Shown: one piece after another, positions 20,098 to 29,718 of the stretch
How positions within the stretch are numbered: position 1 is the stretch's first letter
Layout of the letters: each line of letters starts with the position of its first letter
Notes under the pieces: generated by a model
Seen by the model: the letters and a program-made list of their open reading frames with translations, nothing else
What the model was told of the DNA's origin: nothing
The model's database searches: none
Assembly (NCBI GenBank): GCA_047947115.1
Contig: CP170459.1
Span: 3,072,001-3,136,000 of the forward strand
Direction of reading: 5' to 3'
DNA length: 64,000 nt
Origin: Verrucomicrobiota bacterium
GTDB taxonomy: Bacteria; Verrucomicrobiota; Verrucomicrobiia; Limisphaerales; AAA164-E04
Program-made: the position numbers and the translations under genes

Positions 20098-21668
20098 ATC
20101 GACCCTTGCTTATCATTATCTGCGACTTTTTGCTGATCAGCCTGCTCTCGTTGGCGCGGTTTGATCAACAACCGCCCATTGAATCCGAGCAGCCCGAGAT
20201 GACTGAGGCGGAGGAAGCACAGGGGGCGCAGGACATGATGGAGGTACTGCAACTGGCCTTGGAGCAGGAACGTCAGTCGAAAGAGGATCTGGCGCGTGAG
20301 TTGCAGGATATGCAGGACAATCTGCAGAACAAGGAAACCGCACTTCAGGAAAAGGACACTCGGATCGAGGGCATTCAGGAAAACCTGGAAGACGTCGAGC
20401 AACGTGCCGCTCAGTTACAGCGGGAACGGGAGATGTTGCAGCGTCAGTATGACGACACCCAGAAGAATGTGGCGTTTCTGCAGGAGCAATACGTCAATGT
20501 GAAACAGGAAGCCAGGCAGCTTCAGGAGGATTTGACCACGACTTCCGTAACGGCGACCGATTCCAGGGCGCGTCTGGAAACCATTGAATCCGAACTTCAG
20601 GTGCGGCGTCAGGAAGCCCAGCGCATGCAGGATAAGATGGATGAGCTGGAAAAGGAGCGTCAGGAAGCGGAAGAACAAAAATTTCAATTGGCGTTGGAGT
20701 TGAAGCAATCTCAGACCACCGAGATCATCATTCGCGAGCAATTTGATGCCGCCAAAGATGAGATCAAGACCGCCCGGGCCGATGTGGAATATTCTCGTGA
20801 TCAGGTGGATCTGGCTCGTAAGGAAGTGGATCTTGCCAGGGACGAGGTCATGATTGTGCGTCAGGAGAAGGAGCGTATTCAAGAACACGCCGAAGAATTG
20901 GCTGAAGGAGTCGATCAATTGGCGCAGAAATCGGAAGCCATTCGTCAGGACATCAAGGATAACACCCCTCTGGCCGCAAACACCATTTACAATGATTTCG
21001 TGGAGAATCGCATTCGCACGCGATTTTTCGCCGCGCGCAGCGGACTCTTTGGTCAGACCATTGACAAGGAATCTGAAACCAACAGTGTTTTGGTGTCCGA
21101 CGGGACCAATGTCTACGCTCTCTATCACGTGGAAGGCACTCCTTTTCAATTGTGGCAAGCCGAATCGGATTGGGAGCAACTGACGGGAGTGGTGAATCGT
21201 GGGCAGAAGGCTTACAGCATTGCTTTGATGTCCTTCATCAAAGCTGATCCGCGGTTGCTGGTTGTACCGGTGGGAGCGCAGCAGGCAGAGACCTTGGGTG
21301 CCAAGATTTACACCTTGGCGGCTGATCCATTCAAATTCCAGGAAGCGGTCCTGGTCGGGGCGCAGGAGGGTTACTACGGAGAAGCGGAATTCAAGCTGGA
21401 CCCGGCCAATCCCAATTATGTCAAAATGGAAAAGAGGGCCTTTCGCAAACTTGTTGGCAAATTTTCCCCGTCCAAAGGGGATCTGGTCTTCAGTAAGACG
21501 GGTGAGCTGTTGGGGATGATGGTGAACAATGACTACTGTGCAGTGTTGAGTTCCATCGAAACCACACAGAAATTTCGTTTTGGCATGAGCGTCCTTTCGG
21601 AAGGCACCGGACGGATCATGGCCCGGCAGGCTGTGTCTGTGAGTGCGCTACCCTTGCATTTTCAATAA
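20094..21668 (+). CDS. Single-TM protein: MotB/ExbD-like Asp helix, long coiled coil, degenerate trypsin-like C-terminal domain
   Basis: MNRPLLIIICDFLLISLLSL (Asp11 inside the TM); E/Q/L heptad region at about aa 45-288; ALYHV and SPSKGDLVFSKTGELLGM; ATGA overlap with the upstream gene. Confidence 0.6.
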   Translation: MNRPLLIIICDFLLISLLSLARFDQQPPIESEQPEMTEAEEAQGAQDMMEVLQLALEQERQSKEDLARELQDMQDNLQNKETALQEKDTRIEGIQENLEDVEQRAAQLQREREMLQRQYDDTQKNVAFLQEQYVNVKQEARQLQEDLTTTSVTATDSRARLETIESELQVRRQEAQRMQDKMDELEKERQEAEEQKFQLALELKQSQTTEIIIREQFDAAKDEIKTARADVEYSRDQVDLARKEVDLARDEVMIVRQEKERIQEHAEELAEGVDQLAQKSEAIRQDIKDNTPLAANTIYNDFVENRIRTRFFAARSGLFGQTIDKESETNSVLVSDGTNVYALYHVEGTPFQLWQAESDWEQLTGVVNRGQKAYSIALMSFIKADPRLLVVPVGAQQAETLGAKIYTLAADPFKFQEAVLVGAQEGYYGEAEFKLDPANPNYVKMEKRAFRKLVGKFSPSKGDLVFSKTGELLGMMVNNDYCAVLSSIETTQKFRFGMSVLSEGTGRIMARQAVSVSALPLHFQ

Positions 21669-21745
21669 CATTTCCACGGAGAATTTTCCGCATCCTGATG
21701 AGATGTCTTGATCTTCTCGTCTAATGCGTGAAGGGTTCCTGTGTG

Positions 21746-23203
21746 ATGGATCTCCAAGCATATCTTCTGCCTGGGTGGCAAATCTTTCTGATTTTCCTTG
21801 GTTTGCTCCTGGCTGGGCTGACCTCTTCCCACGCGGTGATGTACAAGCGGGATGCCCGGTCTGCCCTGCTTTGGGTGGCATTCATCTGGTTTCTTCCCAT
21901 TGCCGGTTCCCTGCTTTATGGCGTTCTGGGTGTGAATCGTGTCCGACGTCGCGCCTTGATTCTCCGCGGGGACATGGAACAATTCACTTCATGCCCGGCG
22001 GTGACTCCGGGGGATCCTGAAAACCTTCAATCGGCTTTTGGAGAAGAACTCGATCAATGGAGACCGCACTTTCATGCGCTCAGGCAAATCACCTCGCGAC
22101 CGCTACTGCCAGGTAATTCCATGGACGTTCTTGTCAATGGTGAAGAGGCCTATCCGGCCATGGTGCATGCCATAGATCAAGCACAAGAAACAGTTGGATT
22201 CGCTTCCTACATTTTTGATCATTGTCCGGCGGGAATCGAATTTGTGGAAGCATTTCGCCGAGCCAAAAACAGGGGAGTGGAGGTGCGTGTTCTGGTGGAT
22301 TCAACAGGATCCTTGTATTCCTGGCCGACCATATTCAAAGCGCTGCATGAGGCCGCGATACCTTGTGCCAAATTTCTTTCGTTCAGCGCCATCAAGCGTC
22401 CCTTGACTTTGAACCTGCATAATCACCGCAAGTTGTTGGTTGTTGACGGCAGGATAGGATTCACGGGTGGGATGAATATTCGCCAGGGGCATATGACCAA
22501 AAGTGCGGAAAAGAACCAGGTGCAGGATCTTCAGTTCAAATTCACCGGCCCGGTGGTGGCGCACATGCAAGAAGCCTTCGTGAATGATTGGTATTTCAGC
22601 TCCGATGAAAGATTGAGTGAAGATTTGTGGTTTCCTTCTTTGGGGCAAACAGGTGAGGTTTACGCGCGTGGCATTACGGATGGACCAGATGAAGATCTGG
22701 ATAAACTTCTCTGGACACTTTTGAGCGCCTGCCACACGGCACGTAAATCAATACACATCATGACACCTTACTTTTTGCCCGACGCTTCCCTTATTTCGGC
22801 GCTGTGTCTGGCTGCCATGCGCGGGGTGGAGGTTCATATATTGCTGCCAGCCAAGAACAACCTGCCGTTTGTTCAATGGGCCACACATGCGATGCTTTGG
22901 CAGGTGTTGGTGAAAGGTTGCCGTGTATGGGAATCTCCTCCTCCCTTCGAACATGGTAAGCTCATGCTCGTGGATGGCCACTGGGCTCTGGTTGGTTCCT
23001 CCAACTGGGATGCGCGTAGTTTGCGCTTAAATTTCGAGTTCAACGTGGAATGCTATCACCCTGGAACCGTGCGTCATCTCGAGCGTATCCTGGACTCGAA
23101 GATCGCGCAGTCAAAGGAAGTCACCTTGGAGGATATGGACGCCAGATCTGTTCCAGTCAGGATCCGTGATGGTGTGATGCGATTGGCGACTCCTTACCTC
23201 TGA
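21746..23203 (+). CDS. cls: Cardiolipin synthase (PLD family)
   Basis: N-terminal TMs and two HKD motifs (HRKLLVVD, HGKLMLVD); SSNWDARSLRLNFE. Confidence 0.93.
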   Translation: MDLQAYLLPGWQIFLIFLGLLLAGLTSSHAVMYKRDARSALLWVAFIWFLPIAGSLLYGVLGVNRVRRRALILRGDMEQFTSCPAVTPGDPENLQSAFGEELDQWRPHFHALRQITSRPLLPGNSMDVLVNGEEAYPAMVHAIDQAQETVGFASYIFDHCPAGIEFVEAFRRAKNRGVEVRVLVDSTGSLYSWPTIFKALHEAAIPCAKFLSFSAIKRPLTLNLHNHRKLLVVDGRIGFTGGMNIRQGHMTKSAEKNQVQDLQFKFTGPVVAHMQEAFVNDWYFSSDERLSEDLWFPSLGQTGEVYARGITDGPDEDLDKLLWTLLSACHTARKSIHIMTPYFLPDASLISALCLAAMRGVEVHILLPAKNNLPFVQWATHAMLWQVLVKGCRVWESPPPFEHGKLMLVDGHWALVGSSNWDARSLRLNFEFNVECYHPGTVRHLERILDSKIAQSKEVTLEDMDARSVPVRIRDGVMRLATPYL

Positions 23204-23348
23204 GTTTGATTCAATTATTTTTCCCCGGATTTGCACAGCTGAAAGCAGATATATCGATAAAAGAATTTCTGAGCGAATGTGCGATTGATTCACTTTTTTT
23301 GGCGATCGCCAATTTCAATGTTTTTTTCGTTCAGTTCCTGCGGATAAA

Positions 23349-23387
23349 CAAAAAGCCCGACAGGAGAGAGTCCTGCCGGGTGTTTTT
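23349..23387 (-). terminator. Intrinsic terminator of flagellin (possibly bidirectional)
   Basis: CCCGGCAGGA-CTCTC-TCCTGTCGGG followed by a T-run; T-runs flank it on both strands. Confidence 0.8.
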
Positions 23388-23413
23388 ATGCCGTTGATTC
23401 AGGTGGAAATCAC

Positions 23414-24223
23414 CTAACCGATCAAGCGCAGCGCCGATTGTGGAATGGCGTTGGCTTGCGCGAGCATGGCTGTTCCGGATTGAACCAGGATGTTTTGACT
23501 TGCAAAATTCGCGCTTTCCTCGGCAACGTCCACATCCTTGATGCGGCTGTTTGCTGCGGAAATGTTGTCTTTCAACACGGCCAGCTGTGAACTGGTACTT
23601 TCCAGACGCGAGATGTTTGCTCCCACAGATGCACGATCCGTGGCCAGCTGATTGATGGCAGTTTTCACCGCCGTCAGAGCAGACGAAGCCCCGGCGGTTG
23701 TTCCGACCGCCAGTGAATTCAATGCGGTATAACTGCCTCCTGCGGCCAGATCGACGCCTGAAGCAGCAAACTTGGTTCCGTCACTGTCAATGGTCACATT
23801 CAGACCGGAACCATTGAACAAACTGACACCGTTGAAATCTTTTTTTGTGATATCAACGATATAGCTATCCAAGGTCTGGAATTCCTTGTCGTACAAACCG
23901 CGATCCGTATCGGATTTGGTTTCGTCCTGCGCCAGCATGGCCAGCTCACTCATGCGATCCAGCGCCTTGCCGACTTTGTTGAGGAAACCGTCCTGCGTCT
24001 GGGAGAACGAAACGGCGTTTCCGACATTGTCCTTTGCTGCCTGGATGCGGCTGACTTGGGCGTCGAACTTCAGCGATACCGCAGTACCTGCCGCATCGTC
24101 TGCGGGTGAGTTCAGCTTTGACCCTGAAGATAATCGTGCCAGTGATTTCTGCAATGATGTGGTCGATTCGCTGAGAATACGAGAGGCCATTGCAGCCGAT
24201 GGGTTGGTGTTGATGACTACCAT
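23414..24223 (-). CDS. fliC: Flagellin (minimal, 269 aa)
   Basis: MVVINTN...LARLSSGSKLNSPADDAAG; SRIKDVDVAEESANFASQNILVQSGTAMLAQAN; Shine-Dalgarno AAGGAG. Confidence 0.96.
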   Translation of the reverse strand: MVVINTNPSAAMASRILSESTTSLQKSLARLSSGSKLNSPADDAAGTAVSLKFDAQVSRIQAAKDNVGNAVSFSQTQDGFLNKVGKALDRMSELAMLAQDETKSDTDRGLYDKEFQTLDSYIVDITKKDFNGVSLFNGSGLNVTIDSDGTKFAASGVDLAAGGSYTALNSLAVGTTAGASSALTAVKTAINQLATDRASVGANISRLESTSSQLAVLKDNISAANSRIKDVDVAEESANFASQNILVQSGTAMLAQANAIPQSALRLIG

Positions 24224-24252
24224 TTTTAACTCCTTCCTATGAGTTATCGTTT

Positions 24253-24272
24253 GCGCGACATCCATGCCGCGC
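24253..24272 (-). promoter_or_regulatory. CsrA-type binding hairpin in flagellin 5' UTR
   Basis: GCGCGGCA-UGGA-UGUCGCGC stem with GGA in the loop; further GGA motifs overlap the Shine-Dalgarno. Confidence 0.72.
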
Positions 24273-24336
24273 GGAATTTTTAATGAGGATGATTCCGAAC
24301 CTTTGTTCTAATGCGGTTGAACCGCCTTCATCACGT

Positions 24337-24363
24337 GTATCGGAAGAATGGAGTTAAACTTAA
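24337..24363 (-). promoter_or_regulatory. Sigma28 (FliA) promoter of flagellin
   Basis: TTAAGTTT-N11-TCCGATAC versus consensus TAAAGTTT-N11-GCCGATAA; AT-rich UP-like tract at 24364-24423. Confidence 0.82.
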
Positions 24364-24983
24364 GTGTTAATTAAAAATAAATATATATTGCAAAAAATAC
24401 GTATATAACAATATAAAAAAAAAGCAGGTCGATAAAAGTTGAGTTAAATCGATCCGCGCTCAAGAAAGGTTCGGGAATGAATCTTTGACCTTGCTTGATT
24501 TCTTTTTGATTTGTTGGGTGGATGTCCTGATATCTTGGTCTGTTTTCCGGCTGTCCAATATGATTTTGTTCGTTTGAAATTTCCATTCCAAATCAATGAT
24601 GCAGTTTTGCTTTAGTTTGGGGGTGGTCGGCAGAAGGCCAAAGTTGGGGAAGTGCCATCGAGGTGCCATGCCAGTGCAGTGATTTCGTATGGCGTTCTCG
24701 ATCAGGCCTGCTTCATGTTGGTCCATTTTCCTCATCTAAAACGTGGAGAAATTCTGCCGTCACCAAGTCTCAATCGGGAGGCCTGTCCAGATGTGGTAAT
24801 TTCGAAACAGCGACAGGACCAGGCGGATGCAGGTGACTGCATGGCTGATCTTCGGGTAGTACGTTGATGATCACGATGACTCCTTCCATTGAGTTTAGCT
24901 CCAAAGAGATGACTTCCTTGTCAAAGAGGTTCAGGGAACCTCCGCCATTCATCCTGCTGAAATCATGTCTTCCAGCACTCCAT

Positions 24984-25010
24984 TGATCGGCATGCCTGCC
25001 CGATTCTTTA
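24984..25010 (-). promoter_or_regulatory. Second sigma28-type promoter
   Basis: TAAA-N15-GCCGATCA with exact consensus spacing, intergenic, same orientation as flagellin. Confidence 0.7.
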
Positions 25011-25079
25011 GAGGTAATTTGGGAAATACCGTGAATTTGGTGTGTCACCAAAACCTGTTTGCGTCGCTCACAGGCTCAT

Positions 25080-26339
25080 TCAGGTCTTTTTGGCTGCGCC
25101 TGTTACCGGATCAATGGGCCATGCCTTGATGATGGAATTAACCAGTGTGGCCAAGGGGATGGCAAAGAAAACGCCCCAGAATCCCCAAAGTCCTCCAAAC
25201 AACAGAATCGCTGCGATGATGGCGATTGGATGCAGGCTGGTGGCTTCGGAAAGCAACACAGGAGCCAGCACGTTGCCGTCAAGAGCTTGAATAATGGAAT
25301 AAGCAATGAGCAACCAAACGAAGGTGGAGGTCATGCCGAACTGGTAGTATCCGATCACAATAATGGGGATGTACATCAATGTCGCTCCCACATAAGGGAC
25401 CAACACGGAAAGTCCGACGAACAGTGACACCAACAGAGTGGCTCGTAATCCAAACAACATCAGAGTCAGGTAGGTGACGCCCCACACGATGATGACTTCC
25501 CAGAATTTTCCACGCACGTAGTTGCTGGTCTGGATGTTGACTTCTTCCCACACTTGACTGGTCAGAGTGCGATCATGTGGCAGGAATTTTGAAAACCATT
25601 TCAGAATTGCTTCCTTGTCTTTGAGGATGAAAAAGACCAGCACGGGAACCAACACCAGGTAAAGCATCCAGACGACGACATTTTTCAGAGATGAAATAGA
25701 CAGGGTGATGGCCTGTTTGCCGATTTCAGTCAATTCCTGTTCGACGGTTCGAGTCAATCGTTCATAACTGGATCCATCTGAGGTCGAATCGGCCGGAGGC
25801 ATAAGACCTCCGGTGAAACGCGTATCGTCGAAAAACTGTTGTGGCCCGTGCAGTTCATTGGTGGATGCAAGAGATGTGTTGACATCGTTCGACGCAATGT
25901 CGGTTTCGTTCGTTTGTGAGAGGCTCGTCGGAGAGTTGTTGAAAAAGGCTGGCAGACGGCGGTTTCTAAAGTCTTCGTATCTTTGGTAAGTACTGCGCAT
26001 GTTGTTGGAGACATCCTTCACAATGCCCGGAACATCGTTCCGGACAAACTTGTCCAGCTCGGAAACCAAACTGGGAAGCACCACGAAAAACAAGAGGAAT
26101 ACCGACAGTAGAAATAGCACGAATACCCCACAAACAGCGACAAGTCTGGGCACGCCATGCTTCTGAACCCGCATGATAATACCGTCCAAAAGATAGGCGA
26201 CCACCACCGAAGCGAGGATGGGCGCCAGGAAATCTCCGAAGAAGAAAATGGTCAAGAATACTGTCAGCAATAATGATGCTAACAGAACTATCTGTGGATT
26301 AGATAGTTGGCGTTTCAGCCAGTCCTTGATAAGATCCAT
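25080..26339 (-). CDS. AI-2E family transporter (PerM-like)
   Basis: LAPILASVVVAYLL, YVRGK, VPYVGA, IQALDGNVLAP and LHPIAII..ILLFGGLWGFWGVFFAIP. Confidence 0.92.
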   Translation of the reverse strand: MDLIKDWLKRQLSNPQIVLLASLLLTVFLTIFFFGDFLAPILASVVVAYLLDGIIMRVQKHGVPRLVAVCGVFVLFLLSVFLLFFVVLPSLVSELDKFVRNDVPGIVKDVSNNMRSTYQRYEDFRNRRLPAFFNNSPTSLSQTNETDIASNDVNTSLASTNELHGPQQFFDDTRFTGGLMPPADSTSDGSSYERLTRTVEQELTEIGKQAITLSISSLKNVVVWMLYLVLVPVLVFFILKDKEAILKWFSKFLPHDRTLTSQVWEEVNIQTSNYVRGKFWEVIIVWGVTYLTLMLFGLRATLLVSLFVGLSVLVPYVGATLMYIPIIVIGYYQFGMTSTFVWLLIAYSIIQALDGNVLAPVLLSEATSLHPIAIIAAILLFGGLWGFWGVFFAIPLATLVNSIIKAWPIDPVTGAAKKT

Positions 26340-26545
26340 GGTTCCAACATAGGGCGTCCACGGTCCATCAGCAAGTCTTTAGGAAATATACGCTCAGGAT
26401 TTTTCTTATCACTTTGCTACTTGACCGGATCGGAGAATGGATGCATGGATTTCTGAACTGAATCGCCCGGACCTTATGCTGAAGAAGACACTTAATGTCT
26501 ATTTTCTCCAGCGGTTGTGGCGTCATCTCAAGAATGCCAAAGGAT

Positions 26546-29467
26546 ATGAAAAAACTGTTTCGCATTGGTTGCTGTCTGTTGCTGGTATTGACAGCTTTCA
26601 CACACGACGTTCAGTCACAGGAGGGTGGTGGTGCGTCTTCGCCTTCCGGGAAACCGGCGCCCAAACCGGAGTTTCCACCTTACAACGAGGTGTTTGAAGG
26701 TTATGAGCAGGTGATCTCCACGATTGACAAGAGTCCGACCTTGTTCGGTTTGTTCGTCAATCGGAAAGACAATCAGATCCTTGCTGCATTCCCCAAAAAG
26801 TATCAGTCCAAGAAATTTTTCATTGCCCTGACCGTTGCCAGTGGTGAGTTGTATGCAGGATTGCAACAAGCGGACATGTATGTTTACTGGAAACAGATTG
26901 GTAAACGCATGGTGCTGATTCAACCCAATGTGGAAGTGCGGAGTACTGGTGACAGTGAATCCCGTTCTTCGGTTGAACGTTTGTTCACGGATCGTGTGCT
27001 GGCAGACATCCCTATTGTCACCATGCATCCCCAATGGGGGCCTGTTGTGGATCTGGATGGGTTTCTCTTGGGCGAAGGGGCCAGCTTTTTTGGTTCCAGC
27101 GCAAGGGGATTGAAACGTCAATTGGCTGTTATTAAAAACGCCAAGGCTTTTCCGGAGAACATCGAAATCGCGTTCGAGGTGCCTGTCTCAAGTGGCTTGC
27201 TGAAAACTTTCCACTACTCCATAAGCGAAATCAAACCCAATCCATCTTATCGCCCCCGCAAGGCTGATGAACGCGTTGGTTATTTCACTACCGGATACGA
27301 TGACCTGGGCAAATTCCAACAGGACGATGTCCGGACCCGATTCATCAACCGCTGGCACTTGGAAAAAGCAGCCCCAGAACTGAAAACGAGCCCGGTTAAA
27401 AATCCCATCGTGTTCTACGTCGAACATACCACACCGATTCGTTACCGCCGCTGGGTGCGCGAAGGAGTCATGATGTGGAACAAGGCATTTGAGGAAATCG
27501 GGTTGTTGAACGCCATTGAGGTGCGCTATCAGGATCAAAGCACAAACGCTCACATGGAATATGATCCGGAAGACGTCCGTTACAATTTTATCCGTTGGCT
27601 GAACAACAACGTCGGCACCGCCATCGGTCCCAGCAGAGCCAATCCGATTACCGGTGAGATTTTGGATGCGGATATCATTTTGACCGATGGATGGATCCGG
27701 CATTTCTGGCGTAAATTCAACGAAGAGTTGCCGAAGTTGGCGATGGAAGGATATTCTCCTGAGACCCTGGCATGGCTGCAAAAGCATCCCGAATGGGATC
27801 CTCGCGTGCGTCTGGCTCATCCTTCGAATCGTGAAACCGTTGCCGAAGAAATAGCCCATCACTCACATCAGTCCTACGGAGGACATCCTTTGGCTCACAG
27901 CGATCCTTCCATGATTGGAGATGATGAATTCGATGGTTTGGTGGGGCGCACCAGCCAGGTGAATGGATTCTGTCAGGCCGCCGATTTTCGTGCGCTGGAT
28001 ATGGCCGTGATGCGCTTTGCATTCGAGCTGATGTCTCAGAGTGAAAACGAAACAGGCGAAGGTGCTGAAGGAACTGATCCTGCGGATGACAAAAAAGACT
28101 CTGAAGAGCCCAAGAAGGAGGAAGATCTTCTGGACGGAATTCCGGATTGGTTCGTCGGGCCATTGATTGCTGATCTTGTGGCCCACGAAGTCGGTCACAC
28201 ATTGGGATTGCGCCACAATTTCAAGGCTTCCAGCATTTACAGTCTGGAAGAAATCAACAGCAGTGAAGTTAAAGGTAAAAAACCTTTTGCCGGTTCCGTG
28301 ATGGATTATCTGCCGGTGAACATGAACATCGAAGGATTCGGTGAAGAGCAGGGCGACTATGGCATGATCGAAGTGGGACCTTACGACCTGTGGGCCATTG
28401 AATACGGATATTCCATTGTCAAGAAGGACGACGAGTTGAAAAAAGTGTTGGCGCGTGTGAATGATCCTTTGCTCGCTTATGCTACGGACGAAGATACCTA
28501 CGGACCGGATCCATATGCCCGACGCTATGACTTCGCGCAGGATCCAATCAGCTACGCCAAAAGCCAGATGAAACTGGCCAATGATCATCGCAAGAACATC
28601 CTCGATAAATTCGTGAAAGATGGAGACAGCTGGGCCAAGGCACGTTATGGCTACGGGCTGACCTTGAGCATTCAGATGCGTTCTCTGAGCATGATGGCCA
28701 ACTGGCTGGGTGGGGCACAAATCAATCGGGCCAAGAAAGGGGATCCTGATTCCACGGCTCCTATCCAGGTTGTGGATGCTTCCAAACAGCGCGAAGCTCT
28801 GCGTTTTGTCATGAAAAACGCGTTTTACGACAAAGCCTTTGGTCTCACTCCGGAATTGCTACGCCACATGTCCATGGATAAATGGATCGACGATTTCAGC
28901 TCGGCCATTCAGGACAGTACCTGGCCAATTCATGATCGGATCATGGGTATACAATCCTCGGCACTCACCATGCTGATGAATCCCACCACCATGGGACGCG
29001 TTTACGACAACGAATTCCTGACACCGGAGGACGAAGACATGATCACCCTGCCGGAGATTCTCGGTGAAATCCGTGAAGCCATCTGGACCGAACTGGAAGA
29101 TCCCGACGAGGGCAAATTCACCGCGCGTCGTCCGATGATCTCCAGTCTGCGCCGTAATCTCCAGCGTGAACATCTGGAGCGCCTCATCGACCTCAGCATG
29201 GGACAGAGCTTCTCCAGTGTCTCCTATAAACCCATCTCGAACCTGGCAACAGCCCAACTGAGAGATCTGAAGAAGCAGATCGACCTCGTGTTGAGCGACA
29301 AGGAATTGAATGCGGATCCATACAGTGCGGCACACTTGTCCGAGGCATCCGTTCGTATTGAAAAAGCCCTGGACGCTGGCTTCATTTACAATACATCGGA
29401 CATTGGCGGCGGTGGAGCTTCCGTTCGCCTGATCCTTGGAGATGAACTCAAACGATCTGCGAATTAG
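26546..29467 (+). CDS. Secreted zinc-dependent metalloprotease (DUF5117/DUF4953, EcxA-like)
   Basis: Signal peptide, ADERVGYF, INRWHLEK, HEVGHTLGLRHNF metzincin motif and SVMDY Met-turn. Confidence 0.9.
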   Translation: MKKLFRIGCCLLLVLTAFTHDVQSQEGGGASSPSGKPAPKPEFPPYNEVFEGYEQVISTIDKSPTLFGLFVNRKDNQILAAFPKKYQSKKFFIALTVASGELYAGLQQADMYVYWKQIGKRMVLIQPNVEVRSTGDSESRSSVERLFTDRVLADIPIVTMHPQWGPVVDLDGFLLGEGASFFGSSARGLKRQLAVIKNAKAFPENIEIAFEVPVSSGLLKTFHYSISEIKPNPSYRPRKADERVGYFTTGYDDLGKFQQDDVRTRFINRWHLEKAAPELKTSPVKNPIVFYVEHTTPIRYRRWVREGVMMWNKAFEEIGLLNAIEVRYQDQSTNAHMEYDPEDVRYNFIRWLNNNVGTAIGPSRANPITGEILDADIILTDGWIRHFWRKFNEELPKLAMEGYSPETLAWLQKHPEWDPRVRLAHPSNRETVAEEIAHHSHQSYGGHPLAHSDPSMIGDDEFDGLVGRTSQVNGFCQAADFRALDMAVMRFAFELMSQSENETGEGAEGTDPADDKKDSEEPKKEEDLLDGIPDWFVGPLIADLVAHEVGHTLGLRHNFKASSIYSLEEINSSEVKGKKPFAGSVMDYLPVNMNIEGFGEEQGDYGMIEVGPYDLWAIEYGYSIVKKDDELKKVLARVNDPLLAYATDEDTYGPDPYARRYDFAQDPISYAKSQMKLANDHRKNILDKFVKDGDSWAKARYGYGLTLSIQMRSLSMMANWLGGAQINRAKKGDPDSTAPIQVVDASKQREALRFVMKNAFYDKAFGLTPELLRHMSMDKWIDDFSSAIQDSTWPIHDRIMGIQSSALTMLMNPTTMGRVYDNEFLTPEDEDMITLPEILGEIREAIWTELEDPDEGKFTARRPMISSLRRNLQREHLERLIDLSMGQSFSSVSYKPISNLATAQLRDLKKQIDLVLSDKELNADPYSAAHLSEASVRIEKALDAGFIYNTSDIGGGGASVRLILGDELKRSAN

Positions 29468-29495
29468 TCTTCATTCAAACTAAATTTGCCATTTC

Positions 29496-29529
29496 AAGTC
29501 CCGTCGTTTTTCAAACGACGGGACTTTTT
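29496..29529 (+). terminator. Intrinsic terminator
   Basis: AAGTCCCGTCGTTT-TTC-AAACGACGGGACTT perfect stem followed by a T-run. Confidence 0.88.
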
Positions 29530-29543
29530 CATGAGCCCTTGCG

Positions 29544-29580
29544 CCAGGTAGAACGTGCCGTCCCCGGCGCGTCCTTGTGG
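29544..29580. repeat. GTAG-type REP-like repeat family B, copy 2
   Basis: GGTAG followed by palindrome ACGTGCCG-TCCC-CGGCGCGT; related to 11406-11443. Confidence 0.7.
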
Positions 29581-29718
29581 TGTTCGAATTGAGATCACCT
29601 ATCGTTTGGGAAACCTGTGGATTTGATGCCCCCCGTCATCCGTTTGATCAAACATGAGGGGTTATTACTTTTCGGATACCCAAGGATTTCCATTTGGGGG
29701 GGGCATGCCACTTCAATT

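Noticed and set aside
18448..21668. Zorya (ZorAB) or flagellar stator MotAB
   Set aside because: B lacks an OmpA-like peptidoglycan-binding domain, A lacks the long C-terminal ZorA tail, and no zorC/D/E or flagellar operon genes are adjacent.
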